Origin: Haliea sp. | Lineage (GTDB): Bacteria > Pseudomonadota > Gammaproteobacteria > Pseudomonadales > Halieaceae | Direction of reading: 5' to 3' | DNA: 64,000 nt | NCBI GenBank assembly: GCA_024642265.1 | Contig: JAHEBL010000007.1 | Span: forward strand, 5,640-69,639 | Shown here: positions 29,330 to 38,786 of the stretch, in pieces | Numbering within the stretch: position 1 is the first letter of the stretch | Layout of the letters: each line of letters begins with the position of its first letter | Made by a program: the position numbers and the translations under genes | The notes under the pieces: generated by a model | Databases searched by the model: none | Told to the model about the DNA's origin: nothing | The model's input: only the letters and a program-made list of their open reading frames with translations

Positions 29330-31737
29330 AAATCCTGTTGACTATCGCACTATACGGCGTACTGGCCGGGCTCATTGCTACCCGCCCCAGGGCAGATGAT
29401 ATCGACATTTACCTTGCCGGGTTTGCCGGCGCCGCGGACAGCAGCTGCGCCGATGCGGCCGTCCCCGATGACGTCGTTGGCGCCGCCGGTAGTCTGGTCG
29501 CGCCATCAGTGCCAGTGAATGGTCCGGCCGACAGTGCTTCCGGCCAGGATATTTATTTCTCCCTGTTCCAGCCGGAACCGTCGCCGCTTTGGCCGGGTAA
29601 CATCAAGAAACTGAAAATTGCACCGCCGGCGGAGGCTGGTGCTGATTCAGCCGGCAGGGCAAACCCGGAGATCGTGGCAGAGGCGCCGACCGGGAGAGCG
29701 GCCATCTCGACCGAAGACGGGCAGATCCTGCCCGATGCCCTGACCTTCTGGACCGATCCACTGGGCAGTGATGTGCTGGCCTTTGATCCCGGTCGGCAGG
29801 AGGTGCCCGGGCGGGATGGGCGATCTGTTACCCGCGGTGGGGCGGGGCAGCAGGTTCCCGGTTTCCTGACCGATACGCCAGGGGCCAGCAACAGCGAACC
29901 GGGGGCAAGGCAGTTGTACACCCTGGATCCGGACGAGCCGGGCGAACTGCTGGCGTTTGACGCGGTACCGGCAACGCTCGATGCCCTTGCGACTCAACTA
30001 GACCCGACAGCGAGCCTGTCTGATACCGATGGGCTTGAGCTCATGCGCTGGATACGGGGACAGGACAGTTTCGATGCCGACGCTGACGGTGACCGCTACG
30101 AGTCGAGGCGCTGGTTGCTTGGCGACCTGCTTCACTCCAGACCGCTGGCGATCGGTTATGGTACCCGGCCCGGCAGTGCTTACAGCGCGAGTAATCCGGA
30201 TATCCGCATTTTCTTCGGTACCAACGATGGCATATTTCACCTGCTGCGTAATACCACCCCCTCCGGTGAGGAGTCGGGTCAGGAGACATGGGCATTCATT
30301 CCCCCGGAGTTGCTCAACATGCAGTCGGCACTCGCTCGCAACGGCGTCGGTGCTGGGCAATCTCACCCCTATGGCCTGGACGGTGAGGCTGTATCGGTTA
30401 TCAGGGACCGGGACGGCGACGGCAACATAGAAAGTGACGACGGGGATTCGGTGCTGGTAGTGATAGGCCAGCGACGCGGGGGGCGCGGCCTCTATGCCTT
30501 TGATATGACCGACCCGGACACCCCTCGTTTTCAGTGGTTGATCAACCACGAGACACCGGGCTTTGAACAGCTGGCGCTGACCTTCTCCGCCCCCCGGGTA
30601 GCCCGGCTGGATCTTGGCGAGGAGGGCCCGACGACAGTGCTGGTGTTTGGCGGCGGCTACAACGGTGGCTGGGCGGACGGCGCACGGGTCGGCAAGGACG
30701 CTGGCGCAAGCGTTGACCGCATCGGCAATGCGATCTATGTGGTCAACCCTTTGGATGGCAGTCTTGTCTGGCGGGCTGTCGGGCCCGGCGAGGGGGCTGT
30801 CACCGGGTCGGGCGAACAGGTGTTTTATGCGCATGAACTGACGGACAGTATTCCCTCAGCCGTGGCCGTGATCGATTCAGACCACAATGGTGTGGATGAT
30901 CGCGCCTACGTGGGGGACAGTGGGGGGAATGTGTGGCGGATCGAATTGACGGAGCACCAGCATCGTCAAGCTGAGAGCGACACTACCGATGCCGACAACT
31001 GGTATATCACACGGCTGGCCACGCTGGGAGGTGCTGCTGATTCGGACCGGCGCTTCTTCCATGCGCCCGATGTGGTGCACACTCGCGATGGGAGCGGCGA
31101 CTATGATGGCGTGCTGATCGTGTCGGGAAACCGTGCAGAACCACGGGAAAAGCAGGTGCGTAACTTTGCCTACCTGCTTAAAGACAGGAGAACTGCCGGA
31201 TCCGGCGGTGTCGGGCCGGCCCTGCCGGGGGCTGCCATTGGCCATGAGGACCTGGCGGACGTGACCGGCGCCTGCCTCTCGTCGGTGAGCGACAGCTGTA
31301 TTGCAGCGGACCTCGCACCCGGCTGGAAACTGGCATTACAGGCCCCGGGTGAAAAGGGGCTCTCGGCCCCGCTCATCAGCAACGGGGCGGTGGTGTTTAC
31401 CAGCTACGTTCCTGCTGGCACAGATGCAGTGGAGGACAGCCGAACGGCATGCAGTGCGGATGTCGGTTTTAGCAGGATGTACTGGGTTAGCCTGGGCAGC
31501 GGCTCACCGGCATTGCCACTACCGGGATCACTCACACCCGGGGGTGAGGGTGAACATCCTTCAGCAGGGTTCGATCGCTTCCGGGCGATCGGACCCGGCC
31601 TGCACGGGGATGTGGTGCCCTACCATGACCAGGTCCTGATCCCCGGTACCGGCAGCGGGGACGCGTCCTTGCTGTTCATACCCGGCAGAGACCTCTGGCG
31701 AACCTACTGGCGTGAAGAAGAGGTGGATGCCCTCTGA
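29326..31737 (+). CDS. pilY1: PilY1-family pilus tip adhesin without a vWA domain (cluster 1)
   Basis: Signal peptide, WPGNIKKLKI motif, C-terminal beta-propeller region with DSDHNGVDDRAYVGDSGGNVWRIEL (calcium-site-like) and RRFFHAPDVV. Confidence 0.85.
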   Translation: MKILLTIALYGVLAGLIATRPRADDIDIYLAGFAGAADSSCADAAVPDDVVGAAGSLVAPSVPVNGPADSASGQDIYFSLFQPEPSPLWPGNIKKLKIAPPAEAGADSAGRANPEIVAEAPTGRAAISTEDGQILPDALTFWTDPLGSDVLAFDPGRQEVPGRDGRSVTRGGAGQQVPGFLTDTPGASNSEPGARQLYTLDPDEPGELLAFDAVPATLDALATQLDPTASLSDTDGLELMRWIRGQDSFDADADGDRYESRRWLLGDLLHSRPLAIGYGTRPGSAYSASNPDIRIFFGTNDGIFHLLRNTTPSGEESGQETWAFIPPELLNMQSALARNGVGAGQSHPYGLDGEAVSVIRDRDGDGNIESDDGDSVLVVIGQRRGGRGLYAFDMTDPDTPRFQWLINHETPGFEQLALTFSAPRVARLDLGEEGPTTVLVFGGGYNGGWADGARVGKDAGASVDRIGNAIYVVNPLDGSLVWRAVGPGEGAVTGSGEQVFYAHELTDSIPSAVAVIDSDHNGVDDRAYVGDSGGNVWRIELTEHQHRQAESDTTDADNWYITRLATLGGAADSDRRFFHAPDVVHTRDGSGDYDGVLIVSGNRAEPREKQVRNFAYLLKDRRTAGSGGVGPALPGAAIGHEDLADVTGACLSSVSDSCIAADLAPGWKLALQAPGEKGLSAPLISNGAVVFTSYVPAGTDAVEDSRTACSADVGFSRMYWVSLGSGSPALPLPGSLTPGGEGEHPSAGFDRFRAIGPGLHGDVVPYHDQVLIPGTGSGDASLLFIPGRDLWRTYWREEEVDAL

Positions 31738-32225
31738 TGTCTTCTACTGCGAAATCAGTGGCTTGCACCAGAGCGGAGCCCAATACGCCGGGACCTCGCG
31801 CCGGTTTCAGCCTGCTGGAAATGATGGTGGCGCTGGCCGTGGCCGGGATTCTGTTCTCTGTGGCACTTCCGGGCTACCAACATGCCGTGGTAAAGGTCGC
31901 CAGGGCCGCGGCCAGGGCCGCCCTGCTGGAAGTGACAGCGCGACAGGAGCAGTACTTTATCAACAACAAAGTCTACGCCCCGGATCTGGGGTCACTCGGT
32001 CTGCCGGCGGCTTACTTCATCGACAAGCAGGGTGACACGGTGGGCGAGCAACGTGCCTCATACCGGATCAGCCTGGAGCTGGTTGAAGGGAGGTATAGTG
32101 GCGTCAGGGCTGTGCCATTGAACCGCCAGGCCGTTGACAGCGCCTGCATGACCTTCTCCCTGTCCAGGCTTGGCGTCAGGGCTGTCAGCGGCACGTTCTC
32201 AGGCAACCCGCTGGAATGCTGGTAG
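31737..32225 (+). CDS. pilE: Type IV pilin-like minor pilin PilE (cluster 1)
   Basis: ...GPRAG|FSLLEMMVALAVAGILFSVALPGYQHAV with a C-terminal Cys pair. The start overlaps the pilY1 stop. The leader is unusually long (16-23 aa). Confidence 0.8.
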   Translation: MSSTAKSVACTRAEPNTPGPRAGFSLLEMMVALAVAGILFSVALPGYQHAVVKVARAAARAALLEVTARQEQYFINNKVYAPDLGSLGLPAAYFIDKQGDTVGEQRASYRISLELVEGRYSGVRAVPLNRQAVDSACMTFSLSRLGVRAVSGTFSGNPLECW

Positions 32226-32478
32226 AACCCCGCCGCCCCGTAGAGGGGAACAGGTGGTTTCATCACTGATCGCGCACCGCCTGCGCCGATTCAAGACAGG
32301 CATTATCCTGCAATTCCCGATCCCCTTTCCGCCGGTCTGCCTGCGCTTTTCGCCTCGTTGATACCGTTGGTCGGCTGAAAAAACCTGCTGTCGACATATG
32401 TGTCTCAAAAAGTGTGAATAAGTAATATTCTATCTGGACAAGTTTGGCATTGCTGTGGCAGGCGGAGACGGTTTTCGG

Positions 32479-33018
32479 ATGAAAATAACCAGGGCGGGCG
32501 GGTTTTCGCTGATCGAGATGATGATCGCGCTGATAGTCCTGGCGGTGCTGGTCGCTATTGCTGCGCCCGGGCTGTCCGATCTGATCAGGAATAACCGCAT
32601 GCTTTCCCAGGTGTACGCCATGCGGGCCGCGTTGAACGGGGCTCGCTCGGAGGCACTGGCCCAGCGCAGCTTTGTCACGCTGTGTCGCAGTAGTGACGGC
32701 GCCAGCTGCATCGGTGAATGGGAGGACGGTTATATCGCCTTCGTCGACAACGATGGGGACGGCATAGTGGACGATCCCAATTCGCCTGCCGGCGACCAGG
32801 TGTTTATTGCCCGGGTCCTGGACAGCGATACTCTCGATATCGCCTTCAGCAACGCCGCCAACAGGGTCCGCTTTGACAGCCAGGGATACGCCAGGGGTTT
32901 TGACGGGACCTTCACGCTGTGTGATGACCGCGACGACGGCGGCGCCCGTGGCGTGATCGTGACAGCCGCGGGTGTGGTTCGCGCACTTGATCCCAACGAA
33001 CCCATCTCCTGTCCGTGA
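32479..33018 (+). CDS. fimU: Type IV pilus minor pilin, GspH/FimU family (cluster 2)
   Basis: MKITRAGG|FSLIEMMIALIVLAVLVAIAAPG with a GspH-like body. I prefer the ATG at 32479 to the GTG at 32455. Confidence 0.8.
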   Translation: MKITRAGGFSLIEMMIALIVLAVLVAIAAPGLSDLIRNNRMLSQVYAMRAALNGARSEALAQRSFVTLCRSSDGASCIGEWEDGYIAFVDNDGDGIVDDPNSPAGDQVFIARVLDSDTLDIAFSNAANRVRFDSQGYARGFDGTFTLCDDRDDGGARGVIVTAAGVVRALDPNEPISCP

Positions 33019-33044
33019 CGAGCGACAGGGCAGAGGAGAAAATA

Positions 33045-33662
33045 ATGTCTTTTATGTCAGGCAATCAGCGAGCTGGAGTCCGTTACCAGGGGGGCTTCAC
33101 CCTGATTGAAGCGCTGATAGCATTTGTGATCCTCTCTGTCGGGCTGCTGGGGATTGTCAGCCTGCAGGCCATGGCCAAGACCTCCCAGCATCTTGCCCTG
33201 CAACATACCCGCGCGGTTACGCTTGCAGACGCTATAGTCGAGCGGATACGCGTCAATCCGGCGGGCATGGCGGTCTATAACATCGGCACCGGCAGCCCTG
33301 TCGGAGTGGCACCCTCGAGTGAACCCAACCCGGATTGCCGGAGCGCTGCCTGCACCCCCGATCAGCTGGCGGCACACGACCTGTGGGCCTGGGAGCAGGC
33401 GCTGCTGGGGGCTGGCGCAAAAGTGGGTAGCGAAAATACCTCCGGCCTCATTGCACCCAGGGGCTGCATAGTGTTCGTGCCCGCGCCGGACCGGGACCGC
33501 ACCGGTCAGCTGAGTGTCATCATCCAGTGGCGGGGATTGCAGCAGTCATACGATGCGGTGCAGGGCGGCGAGACGGTTTGTGGTGGCGATGCTGCGGGTA
33601 CCGATGAATACCGTCGCCAGGTGGTGACTAATACCTACGTAGTGGATGAGGAGGAGTTTTAG
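33045..33662 (+). CDS. pilV: Type IV pilus minor pilin PilV (cluster 2)
   Basis: MSFMSGNQRAGVRYQGG|FTLIEALIAFVILSVGLLGIVSLQ, with a strong GAGGAG site before ATG 33045. Confidence 0.8.
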   Translation: MSFMSGNQRAGVRYQGGFTLIEALIAFVILSVGLLGIVSLQAMAKTSQHLALQHTRAVTLADAIVERIRVNPAGMAVYNIGTGSPVGVAPSSEPNPDCRSAACTPDQLAAHDLWAWEQALLGAGAKVGSENTSGLIAPRGCIVFVPAPDRDRTGQLSVIIQWRGLQQSYDAVQGGETVCGGDAAGTDEYRRQVVTNTYVVDEEEF

Positions 33663-33663
33663 T

Positions 33664-34707
33664 ATGGCTGGCGAAGGCGCAGGGCGTCACGAAACGGGCT
33701 TCTCGCTGGTTGAGTTGATGGTTGGCATGGTGCTGGGCCTGATGCTGATCGCCGGTGCCGTGTCCATCTACCTCGCCACCAAGCGCTCCTATGTTGAGGT
33801 AGAGCAGGTGGCTGCCCTGACCGAAAACGCCCGCTTTGCGGAGCAGATTATGGGTGACTCCCTGCGCCAGGCCGGCTTTCTCGGGGAAGTGACGGCCAAC
33901 AAGGTTGAGGTGGATCCAGACCTGACGGCCGCCGCCCTGGTAGGGGACTGCGCAACGCCTGCCGAGGCCGGTGCCTATAACCTGAGCCGCCTTGGTTACG
34001 CTGCAACTGTGGCCAATGACGGCACCGCGCTTGGCTGCATCGACGATGGGGTGGCGGGCACCGATGTGTTGGTTATCAAGCGAGTTCTGCCGCGGCCCTT
34101 TTCCGCCGGTCCCCGGGTACGCGACCCTAACGATCCCCCGGGCGGGGCTATCGATACACCGGGTAGTCTGGAAGATGGTCGGACCTATGTGATGACCAAT
34201 AACGTTACCGGCCTTCTGTTCGACGGCGCCTCACCACCCACGATTACAGTCGGCGGTGAGGTTCCCGGGGGTACCGCCTGGGAATACCAGTACGAGGTCT
34301 TCTATGTCCGGCGGGTAAACGCTGACCCCGATATACCCACTATGTTAAGTCGCCGTGTGCTGTCCTATAACCCGTCCACCAGCGCAATGGAATTCACCAC
34401 GGAAGATCTGGCCGAAGGTGTGGAAGACCTGCAGCTGTTGTTCGGATATGACAGCACTGGCAACGGTGAAGTCGATACCTATAAGGACCAGGCCGCTATT
34501 GTCGGCAACTGGCCGAGTGTTGAATCGGTGGAAGCATTCATGCTGGTGCGCAGCGCTGTCAAAGATGTCCAGTATACCGATGTGAAGACCTACCAGTTGG
34601 GCGGCGCTTTACCGGTTGGCCCCAAGAACGATAATTACAGGCGCCTGCTCAGCCATACCAGCGTCTCCCTGCGCAACCTGAAACTGATGATACGAGGTGA
34701 TGCATGA
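33664..34707 (+). CDS. pilW: Type IV pilus minor pilin PilW (cluster 2)
   Basis: MAGEGAGRHETG|FSLVELMVGMVLGLMLIAGAVSIYL, 347 aa. Confidence 0.8.
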   Translation: MAGEGAGRHETGFSLVELMVGMVLGLMLIAGAVSIYLATKRSYVEVEQVAALTENARFAEQIMGDSLRQAGFLGEVTANKVEVDPDLTAAALVGDCATPAEAGAYNLSRLGYAATVANDGTALGCIDDGVAGTDVLVIKRVLPRPFSAGPRVRDPNDPPGGAIDTPGSLEDGRTYVMTNNVTGLLFDGASPPTITVGGEVPGGTAWEYQYEVFYVRRVNADPDIPTMLSRRVLSYNPSTSAMEFTTEDLAEGVEDLQLLFGYDSTGNGEVDTYKDQAAIVGNWPSVESVEAFMLVRSAVKDVQYTDVKTYQLGGALPVGPKNDNYRRLLSHTSVSLRNLKLMIRGDA

Positions 34708-35198
34708 TTTCCGTCGCAGCAAGCGCAGCCCAGCGCGGCGTTGCCCTGGTGGTCGCTCTGCTGTTTCTGCTGGTAGTAACCATTATCAGCGTGATAGCCG
34801 CCAGCAACAGTACCGTGGGCCTGAAGATGTCCGCGAACCTGCAGGACTCCTATGCTTCCTTCCAGTCGGCAGAGGCGGGCATTATCGCGGTGCTGTCACT
34901 GGCCGGTACTGCCAACGATCCCTTTGACGGGGATGATACCCCTGATCCTTTTGCTGCATTCGACCCGGCGGTCGATCACCCCTTGCGTGGTCTTGGCGAC
35001 GGCCCGGATTCTGTTGATACCGATGTCTACCTCACCACGGCGGGTACCGCCTGTCCAAGAAGTGCAGTGGCTTCCAGTGTCGGGCTGCTCGACTGCGACT
35101 ATTACAGGATTGCAGCGGAACACCAGGTGCCAAAGGAAGCGCGCACCAAGGTAGAGCTGGGCGTGGTGAAGACAATCATTGGCAGCGGCACCCCATGA
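34704..35198 (+). CDS. pilX: Type IV pilus minor pilin PilX (cluster 2)
   Basis: MISVAASAAQRG|VALVVALLFLLVVTIISV. ATGA overlap with pilW. Confidence 0.75.
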   Translation: MISVAASAAQRGVALVVALLFLLVVTIISVIAASNSTVGLKMSANLQDSYASFQSAEAGIIAVLSLAGTANDPFDGDDTPDPFAAFDPAVDHPLRGLGDGPDSVDTDVYLTTAGTACPRSAVASSVGLLDCDYYRIAAEHQVPKEARTKVELGVVKTIIGSGTP

Positions 35199-35259
35199 TT
35201 AACGGGTGGGTTATTTCTCATGCATTGAATGCTGCAAGACGACAGTCGAGGTTCTGCAA

Positions 35260-38200
35260 ATGACAGGCAATTTTTCATTCAGGGCAGGGCGCCTCGCGGT
35301 CGTGATGGTGTTGTTCGCGGTCAGCGTCAGCCTGTACGCCGATGACACGGAAATATACCAGATTACCGGCGGCCGCCCCAAAGTGCTGATTGTCATCGAT
35401 GACTCGGGAAGCATGGGCACGGTGCTGGAAGACAGCACCCGTATGGCCATCGTCCAGAGTGTGGTAACAAACCTGATAACGGACAATACGGATATCGATT
35501 TCGGCTTGCTGGAATTCAACAGCAATCTGCAGGATCAGGATCACCACGGTGGACGGATAATAAACCGCGTCATCGCGAACATGACCGACGACCAGCGCAG
35601 CAGCATGATCGACCTGGTCAATAGTATCCAGGCTGGCGGCAGCACTCCCCTGTGTGAGTCAAGCTACGAGGCCTACCGGTACCTGTCGGGAGCAGATATC
35701 GTGTATGGCGACAAGTGGGACCCCAACACTCCTACCATGGATGGCATTCCTCGTGATGCGCTGGCGGAGGATCCGTCGGGCACTTATGATCCTCCCGTGA
35801 TTGACTGTGGCCCTGTTTTCATCGTCATACTTACTGACGGGGAACCACAGAACGATACCGACGCCAATCAGTACATCAAGGATCTTACGGGCAAACCTGC
35901 TACCTACTCATGCGGCATCTATCCGGCTTACTTGCAGCCTGACACCGAAAATTGCCTGCCGGAACTTGCCGAATTCATGGCTGACGACCTGGATGGCGAC
36001 GGCTCGAATGGCAAGCAACCCGCGTTTACCTACACCATCGGCTTCGCTACTGACCAGGCGCTACTGAGCGATACTGCGGCCAAAGGCAATGGTGATTACT
36101 TTACCGCGGATAACAGTGAAGAGCTGACTGACGCATTCGAAGCAGCGCTGCGGCAAATACGCGCGACCGATACCGGCCTTACTTCCCCTGCGGTGGCAGT
36201 GGACACCTTCACCCGTACCGAGAGTCGCAGCGAGGTTTTCTTTGCCATGTTCAAGCCCGACAACGGGGTTAACTGGCCGGGCAATATCAAGCGATTGGAC
36301 GTCAGTCTCAATCCGGAAAGCGGAACAGCAGAGTTGGTCGACAAAAACGGTAACTCTGCCATAGATCCTTTTACCGGCGGCATCAAGGTCACGGCAACAA
36401 CCGTCTGGAGCGTCGATGTCCAGGATGGACCGGTCGTTGTGCGGGGCGGTGTGGGAGCGCTCCTCAAGGAACGCGATCCCGCCACCAGAACGCTTTTGAC
36501 CAACACGGGTCCCAGTGAGTCATTGTTGCCTTTCAACGCGGCCAATATGACGGCAGGCGCCCTCGGGTTTGCCAGCGATGCCGAGCTGTTTACCTTCTTT
36601 GGTGTTGCCGACCGGGCTGAGTTCGATACCGTCCTGGATTGGGGGCGGGGCTATGATGTCGAGGACGAAGACGAAGACAACGACACTGCGGATACCCGCT
36701 GGGTTCTGGCTGATATGCTGCACAGCAAGCCGCTGGTGATTAACTATGGGGTGCGAACCAATGCCTACAGCGTTGACAACCCTGACCAGAGAATCGTTGT
36801 CGGTACTAACGGCGGCTTCCTGCATATGTTCAACAATAACGACGGTCAGGAGGACTGGGCATTCTTCCCCAAGGAGCTTGGCCCAGTGCTCAATCTTCGC
36901 CGCAAAAACGCGGCTTCCTCCCACGTGTACGGCATCGACGCTACCGCCGTGGCGTATACGCTTGACCTGAACAGGGACGGCAATCTCGATGTGACAGCGG
37001 GCGACAAGGTCTACATCTACTTCGGCTTGCGTCGTGGAGGGCGCATGCTGTACGCAATGGATATTTCCGATCCGAACAATCCATCGTTGCTCTGGCGTAT
37101 TGGTGCTGACGCGGCGGGGTTTGGCGAACTGGGAGAGACCTGGTCGGTGCCGGTGATTACGCGCATTCCCGGTTATACGGATGACCGGGGCATGCCAAAG
37201 CCGGTACTGGTGTTCGGGGCTGGCTACGATACCAATAAGGATTCCGCTGGGGTCGCGACGCCAGATACCATGGGCCGCGGCATATTTATTGTCGATGCGG
37301 TCACCGGTGTACTGGTGTGGAGCCTGACGCCGGAAGGTGACTCAGTGACCAATATGCAGGAAACCGGCCTGCTGCACTCCGTCGCCGCTGGAGTCACGGT
37401 GTTCGACAGCAACGGCGACGAGCTGAGTGATCGCATTTACTTTGCCGATACCGGCGGGCAGCTATGGCGCGTTGACCTGCCAGGGAATACCTTGCCCGAT
37501 GGCGATCAGGACAGCTGGCGTGCCGTGCAGATAGCGGGGGTGAACGGTGGTACGCCAGCAACTGACAGGCGTTTTTTCAATGCCCCCGATGTGGTTCGGA
37601 CGGCCCATGCAGGCGTCGCGTTTGACGCCATCCTGATTGGCAGCGGTGACCGCACCAATCCCAATGACCTGGATGATCCAGCCGATCCCAATGATGTGGC
37701 GGTTGCAAATGAGTTCTACATGTTCCGGGATCGGGCTATCAACCCGTATTTTACCGACGCCCCCAGTGCGGCTGATTGCAATGCGACGCCGGCCCTTGTC
37801 GATTTTCGCTGCCAGCTGCCGCTGGATACCAATGACCTGTACGACGTGACGCCCAACCTCATCCAGACCGGCACGGCCGATGAGCAGTCGGCGGCCCAGG
37901 CCGCGCTGCTTGCAGCCAATGGCTGGCGCCTTGACCTGCCCGGCAATGGTGAGAAAGTGCTCGCGCGTTCAATAACCATCGCCGGCAGGGTCTATGTCAC
38001 AACCTACACACCGCGATCGTTGAACGCGAATATATGTGAACCGGTGTCAGGCCTGGGGCGCCTGTATGTGCTGAATCTCTTTGATGCACGGGCCGAGGTC
38101 GATTTTGATTCCAACGGCAATACCGACCGATCGTGGATCATCGGTGAGATCCTGCCGGACACCCCGTCGCCGCACTTTGGCGAGGACGGTGAGATCAGGC

Positions 38201-38310
38201 TGCTGTTGCCCCCGGGCAGCGGTGGTGGCGGCATAATCAGCAGCCCGTTCCTGACCGGTGCATCGCTACCCAGCCCGTATGGATCCTACTGGTACCGGGA
38301 GGAATACTGA
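35260..38310 (+). CDS. pilY1: PilY1-family pilus tip adhesin with an N-terminal von Willebrand A domain (cluster 2)
   Basis: Signal peptide MTGNFSFRAGRLAVVMVLFAVSVSLYA, MIDAS motif VLIVIDDSGSMG with ILTDGEPQ, WPGNIKRLDV, and a C-terminal propeller with DSNGDELSDRIYFADTGGQLWRVDL and RRFFNAPDVV. I prefer ATG 35260 to GTG 35206. Confidence 0.88.
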   Translation: MTGNFSFRAGRLAVVMVLFAVSVSLYADDTEIYQITGGRPKVLIVIDDSGSMGTVLEDSTRMAIVQSVVTNLITDNTDIDFGLLEFNSNLQDQDHHGGRIINRVIANMTDDQRSSMIDLVNSIQAGGSTPLCESSYEAYRYLSGADIVYGDKWDPNTPTMDGIPRDALAEDPSGTYDPPVIDCGPVFIVILTDGEPQNDTDANQYIKDLTGKPATYSCGIYPAYLQPDTENCLPELAEFMADDLDGDGSNGKQPAFTYTIGFATDQALLSDTAAKGNGDYFTADNSEELTDAFEAALRQIRATDTGLTSPAVAVDTFTRTESRSEVFFAMFKPDNGVNWPGNIKRLDVSLNPESGTAELVDKNGNSAIDPFTGGIKVTATTVWSVDVQDGPVVVRGGVGALLKERDPATRTLLTNTGPSESLLPFNAANMTAGALGFASDAELFTFFGVADRAEFDTVLDWGRGYDVEDEDEDNDTADTRWVLADMLHSKPLVINYGVRTNAYSVDNPDQRIVVGTNGGFLHMFNNNDGQEDWAFFPKELGPVLNLRRKNAASSHVYGIDATAVAYTLDLNRDGNLDVTAGDKVYIYFGLRRGGRMLYAMDISDPNNPSLLWRIGADAAGFGELGETWSVPVITRIPGYTDDRGMPKPVLVFGAGYDTNKDSAGVATPDTMGRGIFIVDAVTGVLVWSLTPEGDSVTNMQETGLLHSVAAGVTVFDSNGDELSDRIYFADTGGQLWRVDLPGNTLPDGDQDSWRAVQIAGVNGGTPATDRRFFNAPDVVRTAHAGVAFDAILIGSGDRTNPNDLDDPADPNDVAVANEFYMFRDRAINPYFTDAPSAADCNATPALVDFRCQLPLDTNDLYDVTPNLIQTGTADEQSAAQAALLAANGWRLDLPGNGEKVLARSITIAGRVYVTTYTPRSLNANICEPVSGLGRLYVLNLFDARAEVDFDSNGNTDRSWIIGEILPDTPSPHFGEDGEIRLLLPPGSGGGGIISSPFLTGASLPSPYGSYWYREEY

Positions 38311-38780
38311 TGTGCCAGGCAGGCACAGAGCGCTCTGCCGGCTTTACCCTGATCGAGCTGATTATTGTGATCGTGATTGTTGCGGTGTTGGCGTCCATCG
38401 CCCTGCCGGCCTACCAGGACAGTATGCGCAAGGGTCGGCGTGCGGATGCCAAGGCGGGGCTTATGGATGCGGCCAACAGGCAGGAACGCTTTATGCTGGA
38501 CCGTTCCGCCTATACCAGGGACATGAGAAACCTGGGATTCGGAAACGATCCCATGGTCTCCGAGGAAGGCTACTACAGCATTGATGTCGACGAGACCGCC
38601 ACGGGCGACCTCTGCGGCTATGCGTTTGACCCCAACGATAACGCGCCGCCCTGCTATGTACTGACGGCGACGCCCCTGTCCGGGGGAGCGCAGGCCGACG
38701 ATGTCAGGTGCACGAAGTTTATTTTGAGTTCTTCAGGGGCCAGGGAAGCAGAGGGCTCAGCGGCGTCGGAGTGTTGGTAG
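38310..38780 (+). CDS. pilE: Type IV pilin-like minor pilin PilE (cluster 2)
   Basis: MCQAGTERSAG|FTLIELIIVIVIVAVLASIALPAYQDSMRKGRRADAK with a C-terminal Cys pair. The start overlaps the pilY1 stop. Confidence 0.85.
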   Translation: MCQAGTERSAGFTLIELIIVIVIVAVLASIALPAYQDSMRKGRRADAKAGLMDAANRQERFMLDRSAYTRDMRNLGFGNDPMVSEEGYYSIDVDETATGDLCGYAFDPNDNAPPCYVLTATPLSGGAQADDVRCTKFILSSSGAREAEGSAASECW

Positions 38781-38786
38781 CGAGGG

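Noticed and set aside
32445-32460. Sigma54-like motif TGGCAT-N5-TGGCA with canonical GG-N10-GC spacing in the spacer before the second minor-pilin operon. This is tempting because the sigma54 activator PilR is encoded nearby.
   Set aside because: The predicted start site (about 32471) would lie downstream of the GGAG Shine-Dalgarno (32464-32467) and only 8 nt from the fimU ATG (32479), leaving a leader with no ribosome-binding site. It also overlaps an alternative GTG start. It is not excluded but is unsupported; 5'-end mapping would settle it.
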